Shown: positions 1 to 13,200 of the stretch, piece after piece
Layout: every line of letters begins with the position of its first letter
How positions within the stretch are numbered: position 1 is the first letter of the stretch
Source of the DNA: Ophelia neglecta
Lineage: Eukaryota
NCBI GenBank assembly: GCA_965285935.1
Contig: OZ260664.1
Span: forward strand, 18,352,001-18,416,000
Length of the DNA: 64,000 nucleotides
Reading direction: 5' to 3'
Program-made: the position numbers and the translations under genes
The notes under the pieces: model-generated
Database searches by the model: none
Seen by the model: the letters and a program-made list of their open reading frames with translations, nothing else
What the model was told of the DNA's origin: nothing

Positions 1-69
1 ACTGCGTTCTTTTTAAGTAACTTATCTCAATTAAGACCCCACAATAAGTTTTTTATATCAAATTGGCAG

Positions 70-3000
70 ACTGACTTTGAAATTGTCCTGCGACATGGAC
101 CTGCGGAAGTATCCGATGGACAATCAAAACTGTAGTATTGAGTTTGGAAGCTGTAAGTTTAAGCGCGGGAACACATGTGATAACAGGATAGCAAAATTGA
201 CGCGGTTGAGGTGTAATTGATGATTGTCCGGTAAGGCCGGGAGGTCCGAGGGGGTTGAAAACTCGTTGAATGAAACATGAAAATCACACAACTAGAAGTG
301 ATTCTGGTGAGCTGAAAGGCCGAGTCAATACATTCTTGGATGAAAGAAAGTTAGTTTAAACGTATTTGTTAGGATTGACCGAGTAGCGTGGAAGAAAATT
401 CTCGAGAATGCACAGGGTCGGGGGCCAGAAGCTTTACCCCAGCTGTGCCGGTAAGAGCGGGAGGTCCGAGGAGGGGTAGATAGTTCCGAGAAAAGGCGTG
501 CAAAATTGACCGTCTAGTAAGGTTCCCGGAGGGTTAAACGCCTAGAAAACATGATTACCCGTGGCAAAATTTTCTCGACGAATAATGAACTAGGTCCCGG
601 TTCACGGTTCATTATTCACCGAGGGTGCTGGAGCCGCCAGCTCACCCAGCGCTGCCGGAAAGGCCGGGAGGTCCGAAGGGGGTAGAAAACTCGGTAACAA
701 GGAGGCGGTCAAAAATTCGGGAAAAAAAACTTGTAAATTAACAGTGTAGAAATGATCTCCGGAAGGTAAAATGCCTAGAAAACGCTATAACCTGTAACAA
801 AAATTTCATCGCGAATAATGAAATAGGAACTGGAATTATGGTCCAACTTTACACCCAGTTCCTTATTCAGCTGAATCTGAATAATGAACCGTGAACCGTG
901 AACCGAGAGCCAACTTTACGTTGCTAAATAAACATAACTTTTTCAGTCATATAATTCAGTTTATGTCTGATACGCGTTTATTATCGTATTATTCGCAAAT
1001 TGTTTTAAGTGGCTTTTGAGGCAGCAGTGGTACACAAATACAACTGAAGCCTATTGTTTTAAACTTAAAGTCACAAAGCTGTTGTTACCTCGGTGATAAG
1101 CTATCATATTATCATATGTATTAATAATTGTTTTAACAGAATTATAAATAATTACTTAATATCAAAGTTATTATTTTTACCATATAAACATTCAAATGTG
1201 CCTAGTAGTAACCAACATGATGATGTTTATTCCGTAGACTTAGCTACAAGCATAAAGAATAGAAAAGTGCGAAATTCCGGAAGCCATATTCATAACAATT
1301 TAGGAAATGTAAGAGAAAACAACAGCATTCTCTACCTGGGGATAGCATCGGTGATAAATATACCTGGAAACGTATATTAATATATAACAGATTGTGATCG
1401 ACAAAACAGACCTTACATTGTGTTTAAAAGCAAACATTTCACTAGGATGATTAGCGTTTGATAAACGGTTCCATTTGCATTCATATGCATTTGTATAATT
1501 GATGTTATAAGACAGGGTTTATTTGTAAGATTGGCTTTTGGTCGCTGAAAAGAAGCAACATGTATTTATTCATCGACTTGACTAGTTTCCTTCGCGGACT
1601 AGAACATAATTGATAAATTCAAATCTCTTGCTAGTATCGTCGGTAGTTCCGATGCCTTTTACTAAAGGTGCAACATGCTGATCTGTCACAATAAAGCAGA
1701 TATAGGACTGTATGTAGTGCGGTTTTCTTCAGGTACTTTTCCATGTCTGAAGGGTCAGTTCCTACTGCAGAGAAGGGTGCGGGGCTACCTTCTTTCAGTG
1801 TATCTACCCAGCCTGTTGGTGGTGCTGCTTTCATGGGTATCCTTCTGGATAGACCTGGAGTCTGTACCTGCGAGAATCTCCTTGTCTGTCATTACAATTC
1901 TAACTATCAGCACACAGACAGCTGCAAGTAACAGGTGAGCGATAGTCAAATAATCATTTGTGTGTTTGCCGTTTCGTGTTGGTGTGAAGCATATAAACAT
2001 TTATTAGCTAATTGTCTTCTTAACTCAAGATCCGATAATGATGTGATAATCTGTTGTATGTGATGTACAAACACTAGTCATAGAAATGGCTAACAAGTAT
2101 GGTTTAACTGCCGATAGGGATATCAATTAAATTATACTGTGGAGTAGTATTGCCATTTATTCCCCGAGTCATGCCAATATCCTGCTGATCCGAATGTGGC
2201 AATGACTGTTCTATAGTGCATTTTAACCAAATGTTAAGTTTAATTGTTCAAGTAATATTTCTGCTGACGTAGCGTGATGTTAGGCAAAGCCGTACATAGA
2301 CTATGCTTTCCTTATCCTGAGAGTGTATAAATTATGTGTGGATGCTAACAGATCAGTGAAGCTACTTACATCATTAACATTCGGAAATCAAATAATTGTA
2401 TAAATATAATTTTATTATCATGTTCTAAGATTAGTGCAGGTTTATACGCATTTGCGTCCATATGATGTTTCGGCTGTATATTTACCACACTAGGTTCGAA
2501 TTGATTGGGTGTCTGTTGTCCACATCTAAATAGAGGTGTTTGGATATAAAAACGAGTTTAGTCGACATTGCATGTTTGGTTGCATTTCATGCAGGGGTTT
2601 GCCGACTGTATCTTTCGTTAAAGCCTTAGACGTGTGGATGGCAGTCTGCTTGATGTACGTGTTTGGGGCTTTTCTTGAATACGCCGCCGTTAACACACTG
2701 CACAGGTAAAGTTGTGCTTTTCTAGGTATAATATGCTTAGCAAAACAAAGCCGAGAAATAATCAAGTGCGTTGCATTTCACATATTGCATTTACATTTAC
2801 ACATTTACACATTGCAAGTCTGCGCCAAATGAAATTTGCGGAGTTAAAACTCTATACCATTCCGTCGCCATTCATTGAACAGTACACGAGGATGATGTTA
2901 CGATGAAGACATTATTCTTTGAAGAGTTATTCACATTTTTTCTCATTTGGCGCATACGTGACAAATAACGATACACGACGTTGTTCGACGAGAGATTCTC

Positions 3001-4782
3001 CAATGGTTATACGCCGGCAGAATTTTTTGTTTATAACTGTTTGTTGATTATTAAAACTCCATTTATACATAAAACAGGAGACAGAAGGGGATGACGCAAC
3101 TGAAGAAATCGCGAACTGCACTATTGCAAGACGTTGCCAAAAGTCCCAACGAACAGGCGAGTCATACTGTTGTTTTATTGGAAGCCAATGGGGACATAAA
3201 AAAGACGACGATAAAGCAGAGTTACAGCAGGGGCTTTGTTAATTTATTAATTAAGTTTAGCCTATGAAATAGTTAGAACCTGACTTGTTCTGTTTGTCTA
3301 AGGCAGTATATACCAGTGCGTTTGTCAGTGTTTTTTTTTTTGAAGAATTCTTTGTTTCTCATCATGAATGTCTTATTCGTTGATAATTCAGAAAGATAAC
3401 AATCTTTGGTTTGTTGATTAAAAGTAGGAGTCGATACTTGGCAGACAAAGCAAAACATTAAATCCATTCGAACTTACTAAAATTATTTGTAAACGGCAAG
3501 CTTGGCTGGAAATATAATAAATGGCCTGAATATATAAACCTTATTTTTGTTTATCTTCATGGTATATTTACCGATGCCGTGTGTTAATACCCTAACGTTA
3601 ATCGCCCCTAAATGATGTATTTTGTATGATGAAAAAAAAACAAAGGTAGCAAGTACCTAACGCAAATAACGCACTAACATAAGTTTGAAAACTGAGCCGA
3701 GAGAATTTGTCAAAGAATGATCATGTTCACGGGAAATAAATCAATTCCCAGGTTATTTGGAAATTTTATCGAATGTTGGTGTAAATAAGTAAATCCAGAT
3801 TGTTCTGTGAAAGCTTTTTATAGTATAACCGTGGTTTATTTTGATGCGGCTCCTATGCCTGCGAGGGACCGTTTTTCATTTACAACTGATATTTATATGT
3901 TTGATATATACCACTTGTCAATAAAAAACTATCAACCTACATGTAAAACACCATAATAGTATTTTGTTTATTATAGACTAATCTGGTTCAATGCGGGGGC
4001 ATGTCTCTCGATTCGGAGACTCCACTACACGAAAGAAATGTGATAACAAAAAGAAAGATTTCTTTGAATGATCTCAATCACAGTAAGGTAGGTTTTCGCA
4101 TCTATGGCACATATACAAATAGAAATATATGTGTCTGTGTCTGTTTTTTAAACTGTGTAAAATTGCTTCACCGATTATCATTAACTTTGAAATCACGGGT
4201 TATTTATTTGAGAAGCTTTCATAGTATATAGCCGTTACCTGGAGTGTTTGAATAACTAGACAGAAAAAGAAACTCTTTTTTTTCTGAAAGTAAGATTTTC
4301 AAAAAAAAAAAAAATGTTTTATGTTATTATTCTAGAAGTCTCAGTACTTCCGTTTATTTTGAATATTTTAGATATGCAAGGTACGGTCCGAGTTAACAAA
4401 ATAGAATTTCCCGACAAAGTATTGTTCAAAATGCGGCAATACGTGGTCAAAATATTACCATACAATAGGCAACTTGGGAAAACGCCTAAAGCAAGGCAAT
4501 GTCCATCGAGACATTTTAAAAAAAAGGTATTGCCTGATTTTGCTAGATATTTGAACGCAGACAGTGTCTATCAATTGTTGACATTCCCAGAAAGAGTCGT
4601 CGAGTGTTTTTATAATAGCTTGCCTTTTCAAGGGTAATCGATTATTTTCCTTCTATTTTCAGGCCCTCAAGGTAGATGTCATATCCCGTGTCCTTTTTCC
4701 TGTAACTTTTCTCTTATAAAATTTTATATATTGGCCAACTTATCTTTACGTTCCCTTTGGAGATATTCATTCAGAAAGATAA
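70..4782 (+). pseudogene. Cys-loop ligand-gated chloride channel subunit, paralog 1 (5' part outside window; probable pseudogene or truncated allele)
   Basis: Exons: 70-152 (RLTLKLSCDMDLRKYPMDNQNCSIEFGS, Cys-loop), 1733-1934 (GTFPCL..M1..VPARISLSVITILTISTQ), 2595-2705 ([25 protein letters not shown]3), 3078-3156 (GC donor), 3977-4087, 4663-4782 (ALKVDVISRVLFP, M4). Exon sizes 83/202/111/79 match paralog 2. The 138-nt exon expected between 152 and 1733 is not found; in-frame TAA at 4717-4719 inside M4. Confidence 0.75.
165..910. repeat. GC-richer internally repetitive insertion (three 210-220-bp subunits plus inverted repeat), probable non-autonomous mobile element
   Basis: Motif ccggtaag..cgggaggtccgag..gggg recurs near 228, 448 and 655; gcctagaaaac at about 540 and 773; perfect 21-bp inverted repeat 598-618 / 878-898; GC-rich compared with surrounding intron. 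Boundaries approximate. Confidence 0.6.
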
Positions 4783-7223
4783 ATCAATAATTGGTAAAAG
4801 TCTCGTCAATAAATATTAATATGAAAATATGAAAGTAATTCTTACATATATATGTTCGTGCCATTAAAACTTTCACTGTTTGATTCAAATAAGTAAACTG
4901 ACATTGGAAACTATTCAGACAGTTAAACAAAGGTTTTCACAGTATTTTATCACATGATGATTAAGCAATAAGCTTTTAAAACACGCATGAAACTTACGAA
5001 AGAAAGCAGTCCATATGCATGGTCGAGTGTGTATAGAACTTTTACACAAGAATAAATGAGCTTTGATATGGGCCACATAATAACAATAGTTGTAACATTA
5101 TTAAACAAGAAGTCACATATTTCACCGTTCAATTAGATAAATACATTGCTATGAGTTGTTATGTTACTTGGTCATGTGCATTAAACTCCATTTAACTTCT
5201 TTATGTTATCTATTGATTAGTTTGTGAGAGTCCATCGACCATTAACAGTGGCCAATAGGTAAAATGTCGTTATTGGAAAACGGAATCACATTTTTCTTCT
5301 TTATATGATGCAAGTGAATTTCATTGCTGTTTACATTCCTGAAAATCTTCCATCCTCCCAGTCAACAGTGTAAGATATAAGAAACATTATTCACTTTATT
5401 TATCTTCCCTGTTGCTAGTTTTCATAATTGTTAATTATTTATATCATAGTTTTAAATGTATCAATTTTTTAGCAAAGATTATTCATGTATTTCGAATGTT
5501 ATGGCTCAATGTCATGCAGATCAAATGAAAACTAAACTACTTGTTTCAAAAGATTATCTATCCAAACTGGTGCTCGGTGCTTAACAACACTGCTATCGGG
5601 GCCTGTATCACCAGTTAAGTCATAGAAATCCCATGGTATAAACTGTTACTGAAGGAATTAAAACACTCCTACCTAAACACTATTAATGGCCAGCGGTTGT
5701 TACTCGTATGTTTTACGTTTATAAATCGCTATATTTAGGGCGTCAATCTGTTTAAAAAATAAATGAATATATATTCCATATTTTATCGCATTGAGTGCCT
5801 TTGAACTACCAAAACCAAATACAATACAGAATGAGGATTACCTGATGGTTTAAACCAAACAAATCTACTTTTACATTTGCAAAACGAGTACGGGATAATC
5901 TTCTTTTTATGCATCTCAGGGCCTAGTATTTCCTATAATGGGAATTATTAAACCTTAATTGGCTCATTGATATGATAACTGTACAAAACGCAAAAGTTGT
6001 TGCCCCTTGCATTACAGACTATGCACTTTTAAATGTTTAGAATTGCACTTTACACCTTTGACCACGGACCCATTAGTTTTGTGATATGGCTCGAATAATG
6101 GAAAACTGATTATAAACTTCCTGTTGCAAGTGATATCAATATTGTTAGTTTACTATTCGGGAGTTAGAGATTGATTTATTCGTGTGTTTGAGACTGATGA
6201 TGCAGGTCCCTTTAGAACCGATTTAATATACCAGTGGGCCGGTGGGCGGTGCTTCCTAACGATTTGTGACCGATTCAAAGGACCCTTTCTGGTCAATGGC
6301 CATGCTTTGTCTACTTGGTATCCACTCACAGACAAGTGTTTGATATCAACGTTGCATGCAGTACGGAATTGTTAAACCATATGCAATACAACCCACCCAT
6401 AAGCACAGTTTTCTGATCTAAAAACGTGATGATCAATGGAAACCCAAATATTGAGATTATTGAACATCAGCTAACTTTAGTAAAGTATGTTCTTCTCGTG
6501 TGACAGGTATGTTTCGGTGGGTCAAATTAAAACTTACGTCATTAATTCCTATTGCACTGATTCATCATCAATAGCCCCTGTGATCTATTTATCATTTTTG
6601 AATAATGTATAATTTGTTCCATTAATCATATTCCGACCTGCATTATTGAATTGCATTCTGTGTTTAACCTTTTCGGCGCCATTTGTGATAATATTCGACA
6701 TGGAGCTGAAGCGCAATAGGCGAGTACTATCGATGGTTTTAAAGTGTGCATCGTGGTATTAGAGATGGTACCCTGCAGTGGATGAGAATTAAGTGTCAAC
6801 TTGAATTACCTTTTGGTGCTTTTGTATACTGTCCACTCTAGTTTACAACGACCCAACAAAGGTGTTAACCTAAACCAATATAATTTTATTAATTAAGTGC
6901 GTAATCACTTTATAAATTTTAAAATATTCTGAAAATTTCGCCAAGCATTAATAACTGGCTTCAAAAGAGTTAATATGACAAGTGCCTAGATCGTAGTACC
7001 AGCTGCGCATTGTAAATTGCACATTGTCAATTTTCAACAGAAAAGAAGCCCAGCTTGTAATAATGTAACAACATTGAAATACACATTAGAGTCAGTTTTT
7101 TTATTAATAGATCCGCACTATTCTGTATGAGAAGTCTTTTCCAGTTCGAGATGTGAACTATATGCTGACAAATTTACTAATAATACTACATACGAAACTA
7201 GTTCAGATAAACTAAAGACAAGA

Positions 7224-10200
7224 ATGCAACTTTTGTGTTTTGTTATAACTGTTCTGCTGAGAATCACATGTTCCAGAAGGTAAGTTCATTCTTGACTGCA
7301 TAAATAAAGTTGGTTAGTAATGCTGCTGTAATCAACATGTACAAGGCACTGTTGGATGTGAGGTATCAGGTGTTTATTGATATCTAATTGGTCACTCATG
7401 TAGGATCACTCATCTTACACTTCCTTATACTTTTGAACAAGCTAGACATACAGCTTTAATAGACCTTTAGATCTATATTGCAATGTTTACGTTAAAGAAT
7501 GTTGCCAAATGAATCAAAATAAATACATACTATTATTAGTTTAATAATAGGAAACATGATAAAGCTAGGCATTTTGCAGTCTATTTGATAAAGGCTGATT
7601 TAGATTCAAATTATGTTTTAAAAGAGCACCAAGTTGTTCTGCGTATTTTATATTCCTTATTTATCGCTTGATTTTAATTGTTCCTGCCCAGTTGGATAAC
7701 ATCTTTCTTGTTCAATGTAGTCCTTTTTAACAGCTGTATTGGGATTTTTTTCAAAAAATCGATATTCTCGTTAATACTATCGATTGCTATAGATAAACAT
7801 CAGCAGGCCCTAGAGCAAAAAAATTGCTGTGCTTCGTTGAGGACTCAGGCGATTCCGAGTAATTTTAAAGAACACAGCTTGGGCAAAATCATATTTCGTT
7901 TTTAAGGTCGTACAGTTCTGATAAGCTAGAACTATACTTTTGTTCTATATTTTAGGAATTTCGATTTTTTGCTAAAATTGGGATCCTGCTTTCTGCCTGA
8001 CAGTTCTCATTACTTCCCTTTCTCGGTATCGCCATTAAACGAAGCTGCTGAAATGTGGTAGTATCTAATCAAGTACAGTATTAGCAGACAGGATTGATTA
8101 GTTGAGTAAGTCAACGTACTGTACACATATTATGGTTTGGTAGAATAGGACAATGTCATATCGCGTGTGGGGTTGAGGTACACTCGCTCTTTCACGTGGA
8201 GCATGGTATATAGTTGTGTATCTTGTTCATGCAGCAGTCTTAATAGTTTATTGAAAAGCATCTACATGTATGTCATAGCACAAATGTGAACAGGATCATA
8301 ACGGTATTAACTTTCGTTGTCAGGCCCGAGAGAAACATGTTCAACGAAATTCGGTCTTTCCAAAACATACAACCGCTGTAATTAATTCAATACGGGTGCT
8401 TGATTAGAAAGGTGGAAGTGGATTATCACAAGGAACAGCTTACAAGCGATTATTGCGAACGATTGAACAGCAGTGAATCCCTCTAAGTTTAAACGAAATT
8501 GGTTCAATTGTTTCATGAAAGTCAGCGTAAATGCAGTGGAAACTTGCACCGGTCTAGATTGTTTTATTGGAGAAATAATTAATGATTATTCATTCTATAC
8601 AAGTTTGCCAAATGAATTTTTGATATTCTATGATCGATACATTCGATTTTCTGACTTTTAATATTGATTCACTTATGTCTATATTTAAAAACGGCCATAC
8701 AATCATTTCCTTAGGATACATTTTCCGAAGAGCATTTGGAATTGTGCAATATATATTAATAAAATAAATATAATTCCTTTTTTTATTATTTCAATTAATA
8801 TTATAATCATTATTATCATTATTATTATGCCTAGAAAATATATAAATTGTGAGTTCAGTTGTACTAGTTGTAAGTCAAATATTGCCATCATGATTCTTAC
8901 AGTGTATTATTTTCTAATTGATGAGTGCAAAGGGGACAACAACAATAAGCAAATAATAAAATTATTTACTGCCAACAGCTTTCTAGGTAACATTGTATAG
9001 TATAAGCCATTAGTTTGACCTCATCCTACCATTCTTCCTATGTCAAAGATTACAAATATCCTTAATTAAGGGAACAGCCACTGGAACATGAGAACCTTGT
9101 GTCACTTGGTTATGTCGATCGGTATGTAGGTTCTTGTTGTAACTACCCAATGAACGCTATAAAAAGGGCGAGAGCCGCTAACAACTCATAAAAGCATAAT
9201 GTCCCGGGCTCAAAGAAGCTATAGATCGCTGTTTGTCATTTTGCCTTTAAATTCCATGTTATATTACAGTCAGGAGTCCCTTGGTTTGTCTGAGACAGTG
9301 GAAAACATTATTGGTGACAAAAAGTATGACCCTCGGACACGACCAGGAACAAATACAGGTTGGGACATGTATGCATAATACAATATACAAATAAAATTAA
9401 GTTGTGAATTATCCCCAAGTGACAAATGGGTCATGTGTAATTCAAGACATTATATAATCCGATTGGCTTTCTGATGTTTTATTCCAGGCAGCCCGCTCAA
9501 CGTATTCATCAACATCCATATCAATTCACTCAGCAAAATCAGCGAGTCGAACATGGTATGATTACTAAATATTGACTAATTAAATGATTAATAAAATTAA
9601 CATTAATTACATAATATCAAATAATATCATGTTTTTTTTTATAAATCCGAACGCATATGATGTTAACGATGTTAATTATATGAAAACCTCCAACACAGCT
9701 TTCTTTATTGTACTTGCTACGGGGGAACTCTACGAGCCGTTCAAGTTCAGTGCTGCCAGTTTTCGTTGTTAGTGTATATGCAAAATATACACATACACTA
9801 CAAAATCTTTGTTCTTCCCATTAGGACTTTTCCCTAACTATGTATTTGAGACAGAGATGGGTAGACCAACGTTTGATATATGCTCACAAAGGCTTCAACC
9901 ATAGCATATCCCTTGGTCATAGGCAGTTTGACAGAATTTGGACACCTGATTTATTTGTTCGCAATCTCAAAGCTGGCGTTCTTCATGATATTACTGTGCC
10001 TAACAGACTTCTTCGTCTGGGGCCGGATGGTACTATACTCTACAGCCAGAGGTAAGATGACATTTAACAACAGGCGGGGAATGACACAAATTTACTTGTT
10101 GATGACAGGTTACAAAGTGTATCTACTCTAATCCGAATAATATAGTGGTCCCTGCAATACAGGCACTTTTAACCATTAGCACAGAACCTCAATAGGTTAT

Positions 10201-13200
10201 TTTTTTATCATGTTAAATTTAAAATTGCTTTGTGTACAGGCAGGAAATAAAATATTCCCTGAAATGGGGGCCAAAGATAATAAAACATGTCATAAAATTA
10301 GTGTAGTCCACCAGTATTCCCTATTCTTCTTGTGTATCTCATAGAGCGTACAACGGAATAACGTACGTATTTAAGGGAATGAAATCACCTACATTTATCG
10401 ATGTTTTTCCGTCTGCACTCTATTTCGGCGGTCAAATTTCGTAACAATGAATACAAATTGTTTACAATTTGGTGCACACATCGGATGGGGGCGATTACAC
10501 AACATGATATGTCGTCACTGGTAAGTGGATTAAGGCAGCCTTTGAATTTCGTCCGTTGAGGCAGAGTTCCCTCCACCTTGAGCGAAAATCATGCAGAGCA
10601 ATTGTACCAAAGTATTGAGGCACCATAGGCTGAGATGGGAAACGGGGTCCCAGTTGATTTTCAATAAGCATCATATTGAGTCATGTTTTATTTGTCGGAG
10701 TTCTTCGATACAAAATTACAAGAAATATATGTATATTTAGCATGGGAAGGGTAGGGGGGCTAATTATTATTGTGGACTCCATTGTTTTTAATTAATATAT
10801 GCATGAATATATTTCGCCTTAGATTGGTTCAACAATATCACATTTTGTTTTCGACAGATTGACATTAACAATGTCTTGCGATATGGACCTCCGCAAGTAC
10901 CCAATGGACGAACAGATATGTAGCATCGACTTAGGCAGCTGTAAGTTTGAGAAAGAGAAGGTGACTTCGTGCAGTACTGTCAATTAATAACCATTTTAAG
11001 TCTTATTTACAATTTATTTCTAACCAACTAATGAATTATATACTTCAGACGGTTATACCACAGCCGACATTGTAATGAAATGGGCCACAGGCGTCCCGGT
11101 ACAGCTCAATCCATCAATTAGTTTAGCCGAATTTGAGTTGTTAGGATCACAGCCCCGCATCTGTAACGTAAAATTCTCAACCACAGGTGAAACCAGCTAC
11201 TCCAACAAATCAAACGTGTTTCTTATATAATAATTTCTAAAACAAAACATGCACTTGTGAAATCCGAGGTGAATCTTCTGATCAATTGTTTGTTTGGTTT
11301 TTCGCTATACAACTTTCGTATTCAGTAAAGGATTCATCTAAAATATCTTGAAATATGATGTTGATACTAGGAATTCATTACACTTCTTACAAAGATTATT
11401 CACACCATATAATATAATAGTGGGTAAGGAGGCAAAATACCTGGTTAGAACTAGCCTACCTCCGACACTAACCCTAACCCTAACCATCCTCAGAGGAAAC
11501 GATATGGTTTAACCTCAAACTCAACATCTGTTATATACGGGGAGGGGCTAGACTAAGAAGTTCCGGCCTCATGATTGGGACAACCTTAATCCTTGTGAAC
11601 AGTTGACTTGTGTAATTACCCAATGCAAGTCGCGATCGACCATAAATTGTGAAATAGAAAAATAATTATTAGTGTACTGTCGAGAGGCAAGCCTGATTCC
11701 AATAAATTGTGAAAGGCAAGTTTTATGTCCCGTGAATTATTATCAAACCGTAATGGTATGTCCACAATTTTTTTTCATGTGAACACAGAAAAGAAACTTA
11801 TTTCCCCTTAATTAGCATTACATTACCTACCACCCATGAAACTGTGCCCCATTATCAAAATAGGCTTACTGTGCTGAAATCCTCCCGTATCTCGATATAA
11901 GTGGTCTCGGTATATATCTTAAATAATCCTTAATGCTCTGCCTGAGGTTGATACATCCATAAAGATGTTCGTGCTTGTATATTTTAACTAGTATGTGTAT
12001 GATACCTAAGTTAATCGCCAGGTTGGCAGAACTTGTTTGTTCTCCAAAAACAAAAGTTCTGAATACCTAATACATATTCGCCATATGATGGACTGGGTTG
12101 AAAACTACATATATTTCCAAAGAGGGAAATATTAACACAATGGGGCGATCTATAGTTTTTACGAGTCAAGATACCATGAGAGCTTTAGCCAATTCCTCTC
12201 TGAAATGCTCTAGGAAGACCCACACAGCTGTCGAAGAAACATAGTTTCCAAATTTGTAATTTATTTCAATCCAAACATTGTTTTATAAACAGGCTTTTCC
12301 AGGATTCAGATTCCCGCAATACTGTGTCCAGGGTCAACAGTATCTCCGTTTTTGTGAATTATGCGAAATTCCCCAACCATGAAACAGTTTATTTTTGTCT
12401 GCAGGTGCCTTTCCCTGTTTAAAGGGTCAGTTGCTCCTGCGGAGACGGTTGCAAGCCTACCTCCTGTCGGCTTATCTACCTAGCTTTCTATTGGTTCTGC
12501 TTTCTTGGGTGTCGTTCTGGATAGACCTTGATGCTGTACCTGCGAGAATTTCTTTGTCTGTCATCACTGTGCTGACCATTACTACACAGGCAGCCAGGAG
12601 TAGCAGGTGAGCGAGGGCCATTTGGGATTTAATTTCTCGGTACATGTTTATGTGCAGCAGACATTCTGATATGTAGGCAATTACAATGCGTTGAAGTGTT
12701 GGATGACAACTTCGCTCAGAATTGAACATTGGGCTTAAATTACGTATTTAACTGGTATTGCCTCAAAGGCCTCATAATTTTCTTCCATTCAATGTAGCGT
12801 TGCTAATTAGTTTGCAAAAATACAACTGATAAAATATTGCTATCAGAGAAGAATCATTAAGCGTATCAATTTGATTAAATGCTAGGGGTTTGTCATCAGT
12901 GACGTCTGTCAAGGCCTTGGACGTGTGGATGGCTGTATGTTTAGTGTATGTGTTCGCATCCTTCATTGAATACGCCATTGTAAATACACTGAACAGGTAC
13001 TGCTGTCTCTTTGTTGTATTAAGTCAGATATTTTTTTTTATAAAAATTGAGACATAGTTTTTAATAAAGTATTGAAAAGACTCATTGTTTTTGTGTAATA
13101 GTCACCTAAAATGAATGAATGTCAAATGGTCGTCCGAACCAACGACATTATTTTTATCATTGATATGAAATACGCCAATGAAATCGATGTATATGTTACC

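Noticed and set aside
165-910. Regularly spaced motifs that superficially resemble a CRISPR array
   Set aside because: Eukaryotic intron, degenerate units of about 215 bp with homologous spacers, no cas genes.
1631-2000. Antisense ORFs over the M1-M2 exons (also 12472-12729 and 21325-21546) that look conserved between paralogs
   Set aside because: Shadows of the conserved sense exon; their extent is not conserved outside it.
9078-9121. Possible first coding exon of channel paralog 2 (MRTLCHLVMSI/gtatgt)
   Set aside because: Phase 1 is incompatible with the next exon; 7224-7279 fits the phase and is homologous to the first exon of paralog 3.
11468-11486. Telomere-like (ctaacc)3; similar at about 22630 and 31920
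   Set aside because: Too short for an interstitial telomere; such motifs are common inside small invertebrate repeats.
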